Origin: Macrostomum lignano
Taxonomy: Eukaryota
NCBI GenBank assembly: GCA_002269645.1
Contig: NIVC01002622.1
Location: 91,491-155,490 of the forward strand
DNA length: 64,000 nt
Direction: 5' to 3'
The notes below the pieces were generated by a model. The model was given only the letters and a program-made list of their open reading frames with translations, did no database searches and was not told where the DNA came from. This document shows positions 12,701 through 23,600 of this stretch, piece by piece. The translations under genes were made by a program, and so were the position numbers. Positions within the stretch are counted from its first letter, which is position 1. Each line of letters opens with the position of its first letter.

Positions 12701-15088
12701 AAGGCTCACAGAGACCAGATACAGAGCTTCAAGGGCAGCGATGACAAGGACGTTGGCCCGGAACAAGCTACCACTGGTGCTGCTGGTGAGGTCGATCACC
12801 CTCTAGCTATGCGCCCTGGAGAAGAGGAGCGGGAGCAGCAGCAGCAGCAACCCAGAAGAAGTGAAAGACTGAGGAACAGACCGACTGTGAATTATAAGGA
12901 GTGAACTGTAATTTTGAAGCAGGGAGGTGCTGCGGGCTGGCTTCTGCCCGAGCAGATTGAACTTTAATTTGTAATTGCCATAGACAAGTTTATTTGCCTG
13001 TACTGCGATTAGTTGGCGCAAGTGTCAAAGAGCCTTCGTGACAAAAAATAGAAATACATAAGTATTCAAGAAGACTCTGATAAGAGCAACGGCTGCAAGA
13101 GCCGAGAGTGCACGGCACACAACTTGCGTAAATATAACGCAATACAAAAGACAGACTTGTAACACGTATGACTGCGTACGTATCCGCGCGCTTGTGTGCC
13201 TGCTCAGGGGAGTCGGCGGAATTGGCAGCAATGCCTCTCGCCGGTTGTGCGACAATGTCGCTCAAGTGCGCTAGGGTGCACACAGCCTTCTGGCAAAAAA
13301 AGTGGCAGGTTCCTTTAGACTTGTAGGAATATTTTTCGGGATTGCAGAAAGGTTTTGAGATCCCAGTATTCGAATATCTTAGTGAATGTGGAAGTGACCA
13401 TTAACTTAATGCATGTAAAATTTGAAAAGACACCCGTTTTTCTTTCAAGAGTAAAATATCTGACCCTGGAAATGGGAAAGTTCATCCTTCGGTTTATTGA
13501 AGGAATGCAATACCGAGTTTGGCTAAAGGTCAAACCTGCATGAGCCAGCGAGGCGACTCAACCACGTAGAAGTGGGCGAGCAGCAGCAGCAGGGCCGGGG
13601 CCGAGATGACCAGCTCGAGGTATCGCCAGTGCTGAGTTACGTAGGCTGCGCCGGTTAGCAGAAAAATTCCTGCACTCCAGCCCTGCAAGTAGTTTATTGG
13701 GTGTTTGTAGGTAATTGCGGAGTAACTCGAAACTGCACTGTTACACGTGGATGTGCAAAATGTCTTCGTGTACAGTAGGTAGGTGACGTTTTTACGGAGA
13801 CAATCAGACTGGGTTTACAAAGACATCAGACTGGGTTTACACAGACATCAGACTGGGTTTACACAGTCATCAGTCTGGGTTCACGCAGTCATCAGACTGG
13901 ATTCACACAGTCATCAGTCTGGGTTCACACAGTCATCAGTCTGGGTTCACACACTCATCAGTCTGGGTTCACACAGTCATCAGTCTGGGTTCACACAGTC
14001 ATCACACTGGGTTCACACAGTCATCAGTCTGGGTTCACACAGTCTTCAGGCTGAGTTCACACAGTCATTAGACTGGGTTCATACAGACATCAGACTGGGT
14101 TCATACAGACATCAGACTGGGTTCATACAGACATCAGACTGGGTTCATACAGACATCAGACTGGGTTCACTGCTTGCCCTGTCGATTTTTGCTTTTATTT
14201 GCGCCAGTGACCGAAGCCGAGTTAATAACTGGCAGGAAAAATTTCCTCTCTCACCTGCTTCATTAGCATAGTAAAGAGGAACCTGTGCCTGCTGTGCTGC
14301 ATCTCGGTGTGCCAGGCGAAGCACACAGTCAGCAGACCGGAGGCCGCGAAGCCGGTCACGAAGCGGAACACTGCGTAGGCGGCCACCTCCTTGACGAAGG
14401 CCGCGATGACGCCGCCGACAGCCAGATTGACGCAGGCCAACAGGTAGGCGTTGCGCCGGCCCCACCGATCCGACAAAATCCCATAGCTTGTGCTGCCAAA
14501 TAGGAAGCCGAGCATAAACATCACCTTGACAACCGTTGCTATGGGTTCCCAGCCACAGACAAGACCGAACGATTCCGTCACAGTTTTAGACATCGGGTCG
14601 GAGCTGTTGAAGAGAAAGCGCTGGCAAGGTATTCCGGCTGCAGAAGGAACGCTGCCGTTCTGAGTCGCCTCTGGCGCCGATGTCGGACCGGGAATCTGAC
14701 AGCTGCTCAAGTTGGACACCGAGGCCCAGTCGATTGAAGCTGCAGCTGAGGAATTATTCGAGCCGAAACCGGTGGCGCAGACGAACGGGCGTCTCAGCAT
14801 GGTGAAATTCACCGAGTGAATCTGCATCGACGGAAACGCGACAGCCAGCGCGATTGTGACCATGAAGGCGGCCTGGTACTTGTGTCGCCGGCCCACCACG
14901 TTCATGTACTCGTCAAATGTCGGCTCCAAGCTGCCGCCCGACATCAGAGACTCCATCGAGCCGGCTGTCCGCTTCAATTGGTGCTGCTCAACTTTATCTA
15001 AGTCGTTTCCTTCTTCATCATCGTCCTCGTCCGCTCCATCTAGCTGATCTTTGATCTCGCCGACAGCTTGTTTTACAGGCTCCTGCAT
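6721..15088 (-). CDS. SLC22-family organic cation/anion MFS transporter; exons 15088-14255, 13682-13536, 8500-8151, 7468-6721 (692 aa)
   Basis: Spliced frame continuous (phases 0,0,2); motifs [51 protein letters not shown]. Confidence 0.92.
7530..7955. repeat. 21-bp minisatellite in SLC22 intron 3
   Basis: Tandem GCACAGGTGACACTCACTGAT / TTACAGG units. Confidence 0.97.
8817..13164 (+). mobile_element. Complete Ty3/Gypsy (Mag-like) LTR retrotransposon, 4348 bp, in SLC22 intron 2, antisense to the host gene
   Basis: 237-bp TG...CA LTRs (8817-9053, 12928-13164) identical by eye; TSD CGTAT (8812-8816, 13165-13169); likely PBS TGGCGTCGC.. from 9055; PPT AGGGAGG 12921-12927. Confidence 0.97.
9071..12904 (+). 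CDS. Single-frame Gag-Pol polyprotein (1277 aa)
   Basis: Tandem zinc knuckles CSRCGTSH..C / [14 protein letters not shown]; protease VDTGA; RT YVDD; RNase [17 protein letters not shown]; integrase HHCC and [19 protein letters not shown]. Confidence 0.97.
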   Translation: MKSGVKQPSATDKSPASPLKHAKMVVMADAEAQSQPIKGSDGPARAVAGAMEIERLELGNNYSRWLDRFTIVAKFYRWDSTAKAQMLLMRLPTALYDTLADQASPKKPSELSYSEIETALTSILVPATFVLAERYSFQLCSRKSGESVRTYAERVLKAAEKCEFINKDERLRDQFICGLADQNVIGKLLVKDHLRLSFKEAVAEAEAHSALVSTDIMKSAPKSENSGIMSIGMLKSSSKPRIKGVNRQQSQTQSSSKCSRCGTSHGKDACPAYGKTCRKCGKQNHFQKMCRSKFVVPNQKNTAAVQHLDEHSQSDHVFMVGATSRQPLSTDAVAVTLDFISSSDKVSIPCQVDTGAAVSVMSDRVWKQIGTPELQPSSITLTGYTDAHQFKMLGHFISKVSYQGKVHRIPFKVVRSDRSFALLGRDILTIEIDFSKADGSEATRVFRARLELIPDAQPKYIKARSIPFAYKDRLKDEIDKLLAEGIIEPVTFSQWASPIVIVPKADGRLRLCVDYKQTLNPQLMKDSHPTPTPEEAFSTVAGCRMYTILDLKAAYNQVELEEDSKPLTVMSTPFGNYQYNRLVFGIRTAPSIFQRYISQVIQDVDGAIAYVDDILIGGESEKQLKDRESQVRERLEQHGLKVNEEKCQICQSRVRFLGFILDNGMILPDPEKVRALQEMETPKTMAELESLIGLVRFSGWFVPNLSHYLEPLTRLMRGRREFQWDSEQDEAFQRIKSMLTEDSALANYDPKKPVALECDASQKGLGGVLIQDNRPVLYISKRLSEAEKKYSQIEREALAIVWSTQRCQRFLAGRHFKLITDHRPLTYIFGPNEGLPTRVSARLQRWAISLMAFDYTIEYQRSQLMKSDALSRLLNNETARTYTIGSIQLPSTIISIQEVRDQSQDCPEIVLLKKAIRTSNFNDPRIRPYKAVADELTIESDVVLREMRVILPKTLRLSAVQTAHSTHLGIGRTKSLLRAQFWWPGLDRDVKQLIGNCKTCKMVKASNRNYLKSWPTAMDAGERVHADFAGPIDGQYLLVLVDAMSNYPEVHLTANMESSTVISRLRRTFSQWGVPRTLVTDNGPSFVSAETTQWLKAIGCSHVTTPPYHPQSNGLAERFVRTMKESVSALGLSQHNIDKFLLFYRSSKGNDGRTPSDKFLGRNIRTPLMTEFSGDDNVVYRTQGATSLARIVLPTGRNTAIIKLENGLYKKAHRDQIQSFKGSDDKDVGPEQATTGAAGEVDHPLAMRPGEEEREQQQQQPRRSERLRNRPTVNYKE
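13800..14165. repeat. 22-bp minisatellite in SLC22 intron 1
   Basis: Tandem GGGTTCACACAGTCATCAGTCT units. Confidence 0.95.
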
Positions 15089-16489
15089 GATGTAGAATGA
15101 ATGGAAAACGACGGTAAATTTCCTTGCAAGTTGTAAACTTCAATTAGTTAGCTAGTTGTACATTTATGACGGTATTGAGGAAGGCACAGCTGTGCAGGCT
15201 AGGGATGCAAAGTTCCATTAGGCTAATGCCTCTCTCTCTCTCTCTCTCTCTCTCGTGAGGCTGCTATATCAGTTTTTTGTACAGCAAAGCCGTGCTTTGC
15301 CACGCTCTATCCCTCTCCTCTCTTTCTCTTTCTCTCTCTCTGCCGCCGTCCCACTCAAGCTATAGGAAGGGAGAAGCACAGTGTTCACGCAGAAAATCAT
15401 CGGTGGAAGTGTACGCTGCAGACATTGCGTTCCTCCTCTCTCCAGCCCTCTCCTCTACCCCACTCCTCTGCTCCTATTCAACTGTGCGCAGTCCACACAC
15501 AGAAAGGCTGAATGCTGATTAAAGTAGCCAAGAAAGAAGCACTTTGCTAGCTTCTTCAAGTAGCTTTTACAATGTGCGTGCACTCGTTGTGGAAAATTTG
15601 CATCTAAGAAACCTAGTGAAAACCAGTGTTGGAAGGCTGCGAAATTGAAAAGTTTCCTGGTTGACTAATATTGCTGTGAAAAGTTGAAAAGTTGCCCTGC
15701 ACTTGTGTAGTGATTGCTGCACTGTTGCACAGTTAGAGTTTAATTAAAGTTTCTAGGAAAGAGATGAGGCTAGAGGATATCTGATTAAGAACCTGATGAT
15801 CGGACATAAAATTGCTAATATCAGGTGGCCCAGGTTGCTATAACCTCAGGGCAGAGCACGCTGCGACCCCTGCTTCGATTCTGATAATTCATTTGAAGCT
15901 TTTGCAAAAACAATTGACTGGAAATTCACAGTCATGAGGGCTTATCCAAGTGGCACAGAGAGTTTACATGCCTGACGATTAGAAAGTCAATTGCCCATGC
16001 AGAATTGCAGGTTGTGGACGATTTCGCCGAAGGCGTTGCGCCAGGATGACCACAGCCTTCCTGCGAATATCGCTATTATGATTTAGCCTACTATCAACGT
16101 TTTGTGTGGCTCCTTCCCGAGTTCTTGAAGAGGTTCCTAGAAATAGAACTCGCTGCTCCGGAAGTATTCTAGCTAGATAGTACCGTTGTACTACCTATCG
16201 ATTTGCCTGAAAATGAACCTAAAACGTTAGCCTTAGACTTGGTAGGGTTGCTGCCACCTTGGTGTGCGGACTCGACGCGTCGGCAGAGTTGTCTATCCGT
16301 CACCTGAAATAATATAACGAAGTCGTTCAGAGCAAGGCAAATCTGAAAAATGTCTCGACAGTTGATCGTTCCTAAAATGAAGAGAGGAGAGCTCGGAGGC
16401 AGAGAGGCAGCTCCGGTCGAGCCCAGGCAGGACGACGCGACGCTCCGCGCTGCTCCGCGATCTGGAGAAAATGGTTCACAGATGCTCTG

Positions 16490-16860
16490 TATTTATAGCC
16501 GAGCGGACCCCCAAAAGTCACGTGAGTTTCATGCGGTGAGCGCGTAAAACTTCCTTATTTGGTCCTTAGAATCATGCGAGCGATGCGTGATCCAAGGCCA
16601 ACTTCCAAATAAGGTAACCCTGTCACGCAGCAGTGGCGTGATTCAAGGTCAGCGGCCACGCATAACATGCGTGCACAGTCACGTGCTTATTCTGTGCTAA
16701 AAATAGAACGGGCGGATGAGTCATCCTGTTTACTCCCTCTAGGCAGCCATTACACTCCGCGCGCGCGAGAGGGCAGGTGATGAGTCATCCTGCTGAGCCT
16801 CAGCGCGGGTGGGGAAGATATTGTGTGTGTCTGCCCACGCCTGCTCGGGCGATGAGTCAT
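16490..16860 (-). promoter_or_regulatory. Promoter/enhancer cluster: TATA, 2 CArG, MEF2, 2 E-boxes, 3 AP-1 sites; probably upstream of SLC22
   Basis: TATAAATA on minus (16490-16497); CCTTATTTGG 16553-16562; CCAAATAAGG 16605-16614; CTAAAAATAG 16697-16706; CACGTG 16519 and 16680; TGAGTCA 16717, 16781, 16853. Confidence 0.7.
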
Positions 16861-18649
16861 CGGGCAGTAAACACTTAGGCCCAGCACAGGGTAACTCTCT
16901 CTCTAGATCAGGTGGACTGAGCTGCTGTGCAGCGGATCACAGAGCCCGTAGAGATAGCTAGTGAATGCTGCTGAATAGCCAGTTAGTAGCCAGTCACTAC
17001 AGTTTCAGTGAAGTTTCAATACTGCTTTTGCAACTTTCACCATAGACTATGGTAACAAGCTTATTGTTACTCTGATTTAACCATAGAAGCATTGCTTAGC
17101 AATTTGACGATCATTATTCACATTTTTTATTCAGAAAAATTTAATACTACAGCATAACAATGCAAAGAATCAGCGGTCCCAGTGCGTGACGACGATTGTC
17201 TGGCGAGCGCCAATATTTATCCATTGTTATGCATCATGGCTTTAACCTCTCACACTGAAGCCAGAAAAAGTACGTTCCTGCGGGCGTATTCAGCGAGGAT
17301 GGCCATCGACTACGAGTATCGCTGCCATTGTTAGAACTCTCATCAGTTAGAACTTATTCATTACCCAATAAATCTGAGATGAGTAAGCGCGATCTACGTT
17401 CTTAAGTGGTTTATTTTAGAGATGTAAAATAAGCATGGTGATCGCTATGGCGCTTCTACGTTGGAGGATTGTTTTCAGTATGCAGCAATGCTACGATCGG
17501 TCAACCAAGTCGGAAAGCCATGTGGAGCCTCTGGAAAAACGTAGAATTCAATGAGAGCCGACGTGCGCTGGATGCTTCAATGAAGCTGAGTACCCGTGAT
17601 TGAAAGGGTAGTGGATCGCGTCGCGCAGGACTTGCTCCATCTGACATCAAATAGACGCTCTGGACTGAAAGTGTGCTTGGTAGTGATAGTCCACGACAAC
17701 TGATGAGTTCCAATTGATTTGTGTAAACGTCTGTTCAACACCTGTTAGCTATTCTACAACTTTATAACCTGTTGCTTCTATCTGTTGAGGATACTTTCAA
17801 GCGGTTTATTCGTTTGTCCCAAAGGGGTGTAGAGATTAATTCTACTTGAAATTATAGTACATTAAAAGTGTACTCGTTGTTCTGAATTGTTCAGTACAGT
17901 ACCCACGGTGCGCAATCGACAGATTCTTGATAGATAGCTCGTAGCGCCTATGTCTGGTGGTACATGATTCTTCTGCTTCAACGTCCAGTAAAACTGCAGC
18001 CAGTAAAGCCACCGATTCGGCTATTGAAACATCAACAATACATAAGCACCGCCGTCGAGACTGGAAACTGTCAGATGGGACCAGTGACAAGACGTTGCAG
18101 ACATTAGCAAACAAAATGATTCTTTGACATGTTTTGACATAGCCGCTTTAAGGCTATATTCGCTCACGAAAAGCAGCCACGGCTTTATTCTTGTCAAATA
18201 TATTAAACAGTCAGTCGCAGCTAAAGGCAGCTAAGACGATTAAATTAATGCATTCAGCTCAGTAGAATGAATTCGCAAACGAAACGAAATAGCTGCAAAA
18301 AGACTGCTTTTAGGCTGATAGCTGATGGCGTGTGAATGTGTTAAGCTAGCTGCAGTATCTCAAATATTCCAAATCTAACGCAAAAATTAGCTTCATAAAG
18401 ATGGCTCCGAGCTAAAATTTCTCTTCGAAAGGAAAAGCTTTGATAAAGCAGCTACCCAAAACAATAAAAGCTCTTGAATCCCTACTAAGTGCTTTGGTTG
18501 AATTGAAAATTGATTGCAAGGAAAAAGATTTCATTGATCAACGGTAGCTAGTGCATGGAAATTTCTCGATGCATCGAGTTGTCGATAAATAGCTCAGTAA
18601 AAGAAGCATAGTATAGAAGCTGCTAGATGCATATCGGCTTGAGACAGAC

Positions 18650-19382
18650 ATGTCGCTGGGAGTCTTGCTATGTCTGCTGGTCCTGCTACTTGCTGCTCTG
18701 CCGCCATTGAACAACTCCTCCGGCTCCTTCAGCCTTATCGAAGGCTACCTGTGCATCAGGAGCGACTTCATTGAAACTCCAGGTGGCTCTATGGGACGAA
18801 ATATTTCTGTGCCTCGATGTGCAGCCGCAACCCGCGCTGTCAGGCGTTCAGCCTGGCTGACGGTCCGTGCCAGCTGTTCGTGTTCGACAAGTGCAGCAAG
18901 TCGGTGAGGGACTGCGGCTGCTCCAGGAGAGGCCGGGTGTTTGTGAAGCAGCAGCCGGGACTCGAGGCGGGCGCGCTGTGTCCGTCTGGCTACCGAGACG
19001 ACCTGTGCGGAGGGAAGTACAAGCTGCACTTTAACGCCGATTTCTGGTGGCCGAGCAGACGCCTGTGCGAGTCGGAGAGCGGTCTGGTGATCATGGCTGA
19101 CGTGATGGACGCCAGCGAGATGAGCCACGTGGAGACGATCTACAGCAAGTACAGCGCCGGCTCGGAGGCTACAAAACTCCTGGAAGTCCCGAGCCGAGAG
19201 GCGGCTGGTACTGGGTCGGCTGCAACATCTCCGTTGACGACAGCTTGTGGAACCCAGGTGAGCCTCATGGTAGTGGTGAAAACGTCATTGGCCGCTACAA
19301 GCTAAAGGATCATCTCTCCGATTTCTGGGATTCGGTGGACAAGTACAGAGCGCTGTGCGAGTGCGTGTCGCCATTTGTCTGA
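18650..19382 (+). pseudogene. Secreted PAN/apple + C-type lectin domain protein (about 244 aa once two -1 frameshifts are corrected); pseudogene or consensus error
   Basis: Signal peptide MSLGVLLCLLVLLLAA; PAN-like FCASMCSRNPRCQAFSLADGPCQL; CTL-like LGGYK..WYWVG..LWNPGEPH..LSDFW..YRALCE; shifts near 18775 and 19150. Confidence 0.75.
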
Positions 19383-20386
19383 GCTGTGGAGAGGCCAGTG
19401 AATCCGATCGTGCAATGTTGATTAAGTTTTTTTAAACACAAACGCAGTCTTTTAACGCAATTAAACTGATAATGACGTCTGCCGAAAGTCGGTGTAATGT
19501 AAAAGTACATATCTGTCATCGACGTCGGTGCATGACACACCCTGTTCGCTCTGTTTTAGAGTTTTCGGAGTTGAATAATGAATAGCTCGTATTGCAATAA
19601 AACATAAATATAACGACTTTCAAGCTATTATTTGCGTTCTTCTGAATTCTATTTTGTTCGGGATTCAATAAAATCCCATAAAATCTTTATAACAATATGT
19701 TTTATCTTATGCTTACGTACATGTATGGTCTGATAAGCAGCCTACATGAAAACTAAAATGATTTTTTCAACATCATGCCGAAAATATCTAAGTGTCGAAA
19801 AAAGTTAGCAAAAGATGAATTGACGAGAATATTTGAATCGCTCAAAACCTGGAAACTATCGGTAAGCCTCATCCTTTTCGCCGTCCAGCCTCACGCTTCT
19901 GCGAAGAATTGACTATTGTTAATGAATGTAGTTGCTGACCTTGATCAACTGGTAAAAGCTTTGTAGAGTCTTGTCCCACCCATAGGCTGCAAAAAATGTT
20001 TACAACGCGGTTATGGCTTTTTAGTGGAGGCCACTCAGCAGGTTGAAGTTTTAAAAAGCATCCGAAGACGTCAATGGTTGATCCCGTAGCAGCACTGATT
20101 CCTAAATATAGTGGTTTGGCTTGCAATAAAGCGAAGCAAATAATGAAAATCAAGGGCTGAGAAAGTCGCAGGTCGCGTGAGCTTGGCGCCAATCTACAGA
20201 CAGTATCGCATAATAAAAACCAAGATTGTGGCGGCGCCTTTCACAAGCCAAGTCGCGGACATGTATCCACAATACGGAAGCGTGTGCCGCGAGAACATCT
20301 CGGATTTACAGTGTATATCGTTAATCAAGCGACAACGGGCGGTGTAGTACCATCTAGCCATTCTTCCTTCACGGAATTGGAGAATT

Positions 20387-20388
<2 letters not shown>

Positions 20389-20446
<58 letters not shown>
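20389..20446. repeat. (AG)n microsatellite
   Basis: Direct run. Confidence 0.95.
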
Positions 20447-20451
<5 letters not shown>

Positions 20452-20698
20452 TGCAGCTGACGCACGAGAAAGTTGTAGGTGTTGGATCAATATAGTATAC
20501 TCCTAGCCCAGTCATATAGAGCAGCTCATGTTAGCTAAGAGATCAAAAAGTATATTATCTATCGCATTGGCAGCTGACTCCCAAGTGTATTTTAAAAAAC
20601 CAACGCAAAATACTTTTGACAACGCCCTCGTAAATTGGACAGTCTATTTAAAAGCGCTTTAAACCAACAGAACTTTGAACCACAGCGCAGCTCGCGTC

Positions 20699-23600
20699 AT
20701 GGAGTCAACTGAGCTGTACCGGCTAATCTGCGATCCAAGTCGGACGAGCTATGCAGAGCTCTAACACTGCTGGACAAGCCGTCCGATGCAGACGTAACGG
20801 AGATCCTACGTCGTTGTAGTCGTCGCAGAACAACCTATTTGCACCTGCTGATGCTGCAGCTTCGTCGACTGTCGAATCGATGCAACGGCGACATCGGTTT
20901 GGCGATCGCCCTCGCCTATCGGTTGGCACTGCGTGGCTGCGACGTCAACGGGCAGAACCTGGCTGGCAACACGGCGCTGCACATGGCCTGCTACCGGCCT
21001 GCTGGGGACCAGCTGGCTCAGCATCTCATCCGGATGGGTGCGCCCGATTTCTGAGAGGCTGTGGCTCATAATTTTGGGGGAAAGTGGTTGAATTGAGTGA
21101 CGCTCATACAGGGTGTACAGCAGTTCTGACTCTTAATCGTCACGCGGAGTCTGAGGCGTTACTCGCTGAGATATTACATGTACTCATCTGCACTGAGAAC
21201 TCGGGGATCTTTTAGTTGGTCCTTGCAGATGCGAATTTGATGACAAGCCCCATTATCAGTGTCCGCAAAAAAACTTTTACAAATTACTTCGTGAAGAACA
21301 ACACGGAAACAATAATTGGCTAACTTCGTTTTCAAACACAAAGGCGCCGATCCTGGCATAAAAACGAACGAAATTGGCGAGTGTTTCACGACAACCGGCA
21401 GCACAAGGTCTGGCTGATTCGCAGCAGCACTGCCGCAAATTGCTGCAGCATGTGGAGTGCAGGTGCGGATCTTTTGCCTGGTTTATGCTTGGTCAGCTGT
21501 GCAGAAGGCGCTGCAAATTTTGCTGGTGGCATGGTTTTCACCACTTTCGGAATTCCGAATTGCACTCGCGGTGCACACACGAGTTTGTTAAGAAACAGTT
21601 AGAAAAGAATACTGTTGAAGAGAGGCACCGCTTGACAGTACGCTGAATGAGGTCTCATCTTCGACAAAATTTGGTCGAGAAAAAGTGATTGGAAGTCAGA
21701 AAACATCAAGCAATGAGTTTAAAAACTGCCAAAAATCGGTTTCCAGCAAAATTTGCAACGAATTAAGAGTACATAGCATCCATGGGTTTATGGACTATTC
21801 TTTCACCTGCCTGTCATTCTACCATACTCGTATAATAAACCTGCTGTTTTCCAAGTTTGCGACGGAGTATGGCTGGCTGGTGAGTACAATATCAGGCTTG
21901 AATTAAGTTAGAAAATTTACATGCACCTTTGTAGGTACAGCTAATATTAGAATTCTGTAAGTAGTTTAGCAGTAGGTAGTATCGCAATGTGTATCTATTT
22001 TTTGTGAGGTTAATTTAACTGAATCACTTTTATTTTATCAATTTTGACGCGTCACAATTTAACCTAGACGTGAAGGCTTTGAAATAGTTTTGTCACGTCA
22101 CGGCGAAATCGAAACACAACCCATTGGGATGCCAATGTTTAGATCCAACTTATTTATAAAATTATTCAAAGTGATCGTTCTCTAGTGCTTTAGGTTGTGG
22201 CCACCCTGATGCAAAGCCTTCGGCGATATCGTCCAATAACAATTCCAACGCTGACAGGACGGCAATCCTACCAATCCCGCTGATTCCTGAGCACACTCAG
22301 GCACAGCACTCGTACATTGGCCCTGACTTTCGAATCGTCAGGCATGTACAATCTGTGTCTCTCTGCCTTGGGGGTTGGCCCTAGTGGCTGTGAATCCCAC
22401 GACGACAAATTTCATGCACAAGCACCAAATGAATGTGGCTGTGCAGGGAATCGAACCCTCGGGGTCTTGCCCTTAATGGTTAGAGTCAATACTCAAAGGT
22501 TAGGCTCAAAGTAGCTAGTTTACAAACGCTCTACCTTGTACTCAAACTTAGTTGCCAGGGAGGACACGGCTCTGGTTGCGAAATACCTGAACTCATGGAT
22601 TCGAGTCGACTCTCGTAGACGACGCAAAACTCTGCTGCAGTTGAGCAACGAGACTGGCAATTATGGCATCATCCGGCTGATGGAGAGGCACTCGAACACT
22701 AACGAGCTGGTGTGCAGGGCTCTGGCCTGCGACTGCGACGGAGTTCGCCAACTGCTGGCTCTCAAATCCGGTATGAACCTTTCACAAGTGCTACTTACAT
22801 ATAATTCTAATAGCCGTCATTTGACCCTTCTCGTTGTGAAATCGAACCAGCAATCATCCGTGATGCACAATGCACATTGATTGTTGTATAATAGGGGCTG
22901 TTTCGAGTCCTTTAAGCGGCCACATTCATTTAATGCTTTTGCTTTGCTTATCTACGTGGCGCAGAGAGTGTACGTGCCTGACGATTAGAAAGTCAAAAGG
23001 CCCCTGTACACCCTGTGCGAGCGTGTGTACGAGTGTGTGCTGTAGTAGCGCTGTAGACTAGTCTTCGCTTTATTCAGCTTTTTTACTCCGCAAAAATATT
23101 GTCCCCAGACAGGCCAAATGTTTCCACGTGCGACAGCTCACAGAAGATCCCAAAGCCACTGCTGGCTGAGATGCGACTGCTCTCCCAGGTGCCAGGTGCT
23201 CAGGAACTCTGCGGACTGCTGCGCTCAGCTGGGGCACCCGATGAGTCACAATATTTTGGTGAGAAGGTTTTAGACTTTAGGTTGTTACCCAGTGATGCTC
23301 AGTGGTTACTAAGTCATGGCTTGTGGTTACTAAGTGCCTCTAATCATCCGTGCCATGATGTCCAACAGCCCAGCTGGAAACAAGTCGACGCTCGTTTCGC
23401 CTGTCCCAATTCTACCAGCTGGTTCAAACCGGGTCCACTGACAGCTTGGCTCAAGCGTGGAGCGAACTTGACGCCAAGCGGGTTGACGTGGATTGCATTG
23501 ACGAAGAAACTGGAGATACTTACCTGCACTGTGTGGTGCGAAGGTGAGCTCTTTTTTGTTTTTACCTGGCCCTTGAACTTGTCTCACCAACCACCTCACT

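Noticed and set aside
1552-15088. Functional link between adjacent stomatin and the SLC22 transporter
   Set aside because: Stomatins do regulate some transporters, but tail-to-tail adjacency in a eukaryote is not evidence.
17500-18114. Short minus-strand ORFs between SLC22 and the lectin gene
   Set aside because: No recognisable motif, splice pattern or codon bias; possibly an old transposon remnant.
22440-22510. Functional tRNA gene
   Set aside because: B-box present but no convincing A-box or cloverleaf; continues into a SINE body.
22968-23011. Active hammerhead ribozyme (CTGACGA..GAAA)
   Set aside because: Only 3 nt between the core segments and no NUH triplet; a simple hairpin fits the covariation better.
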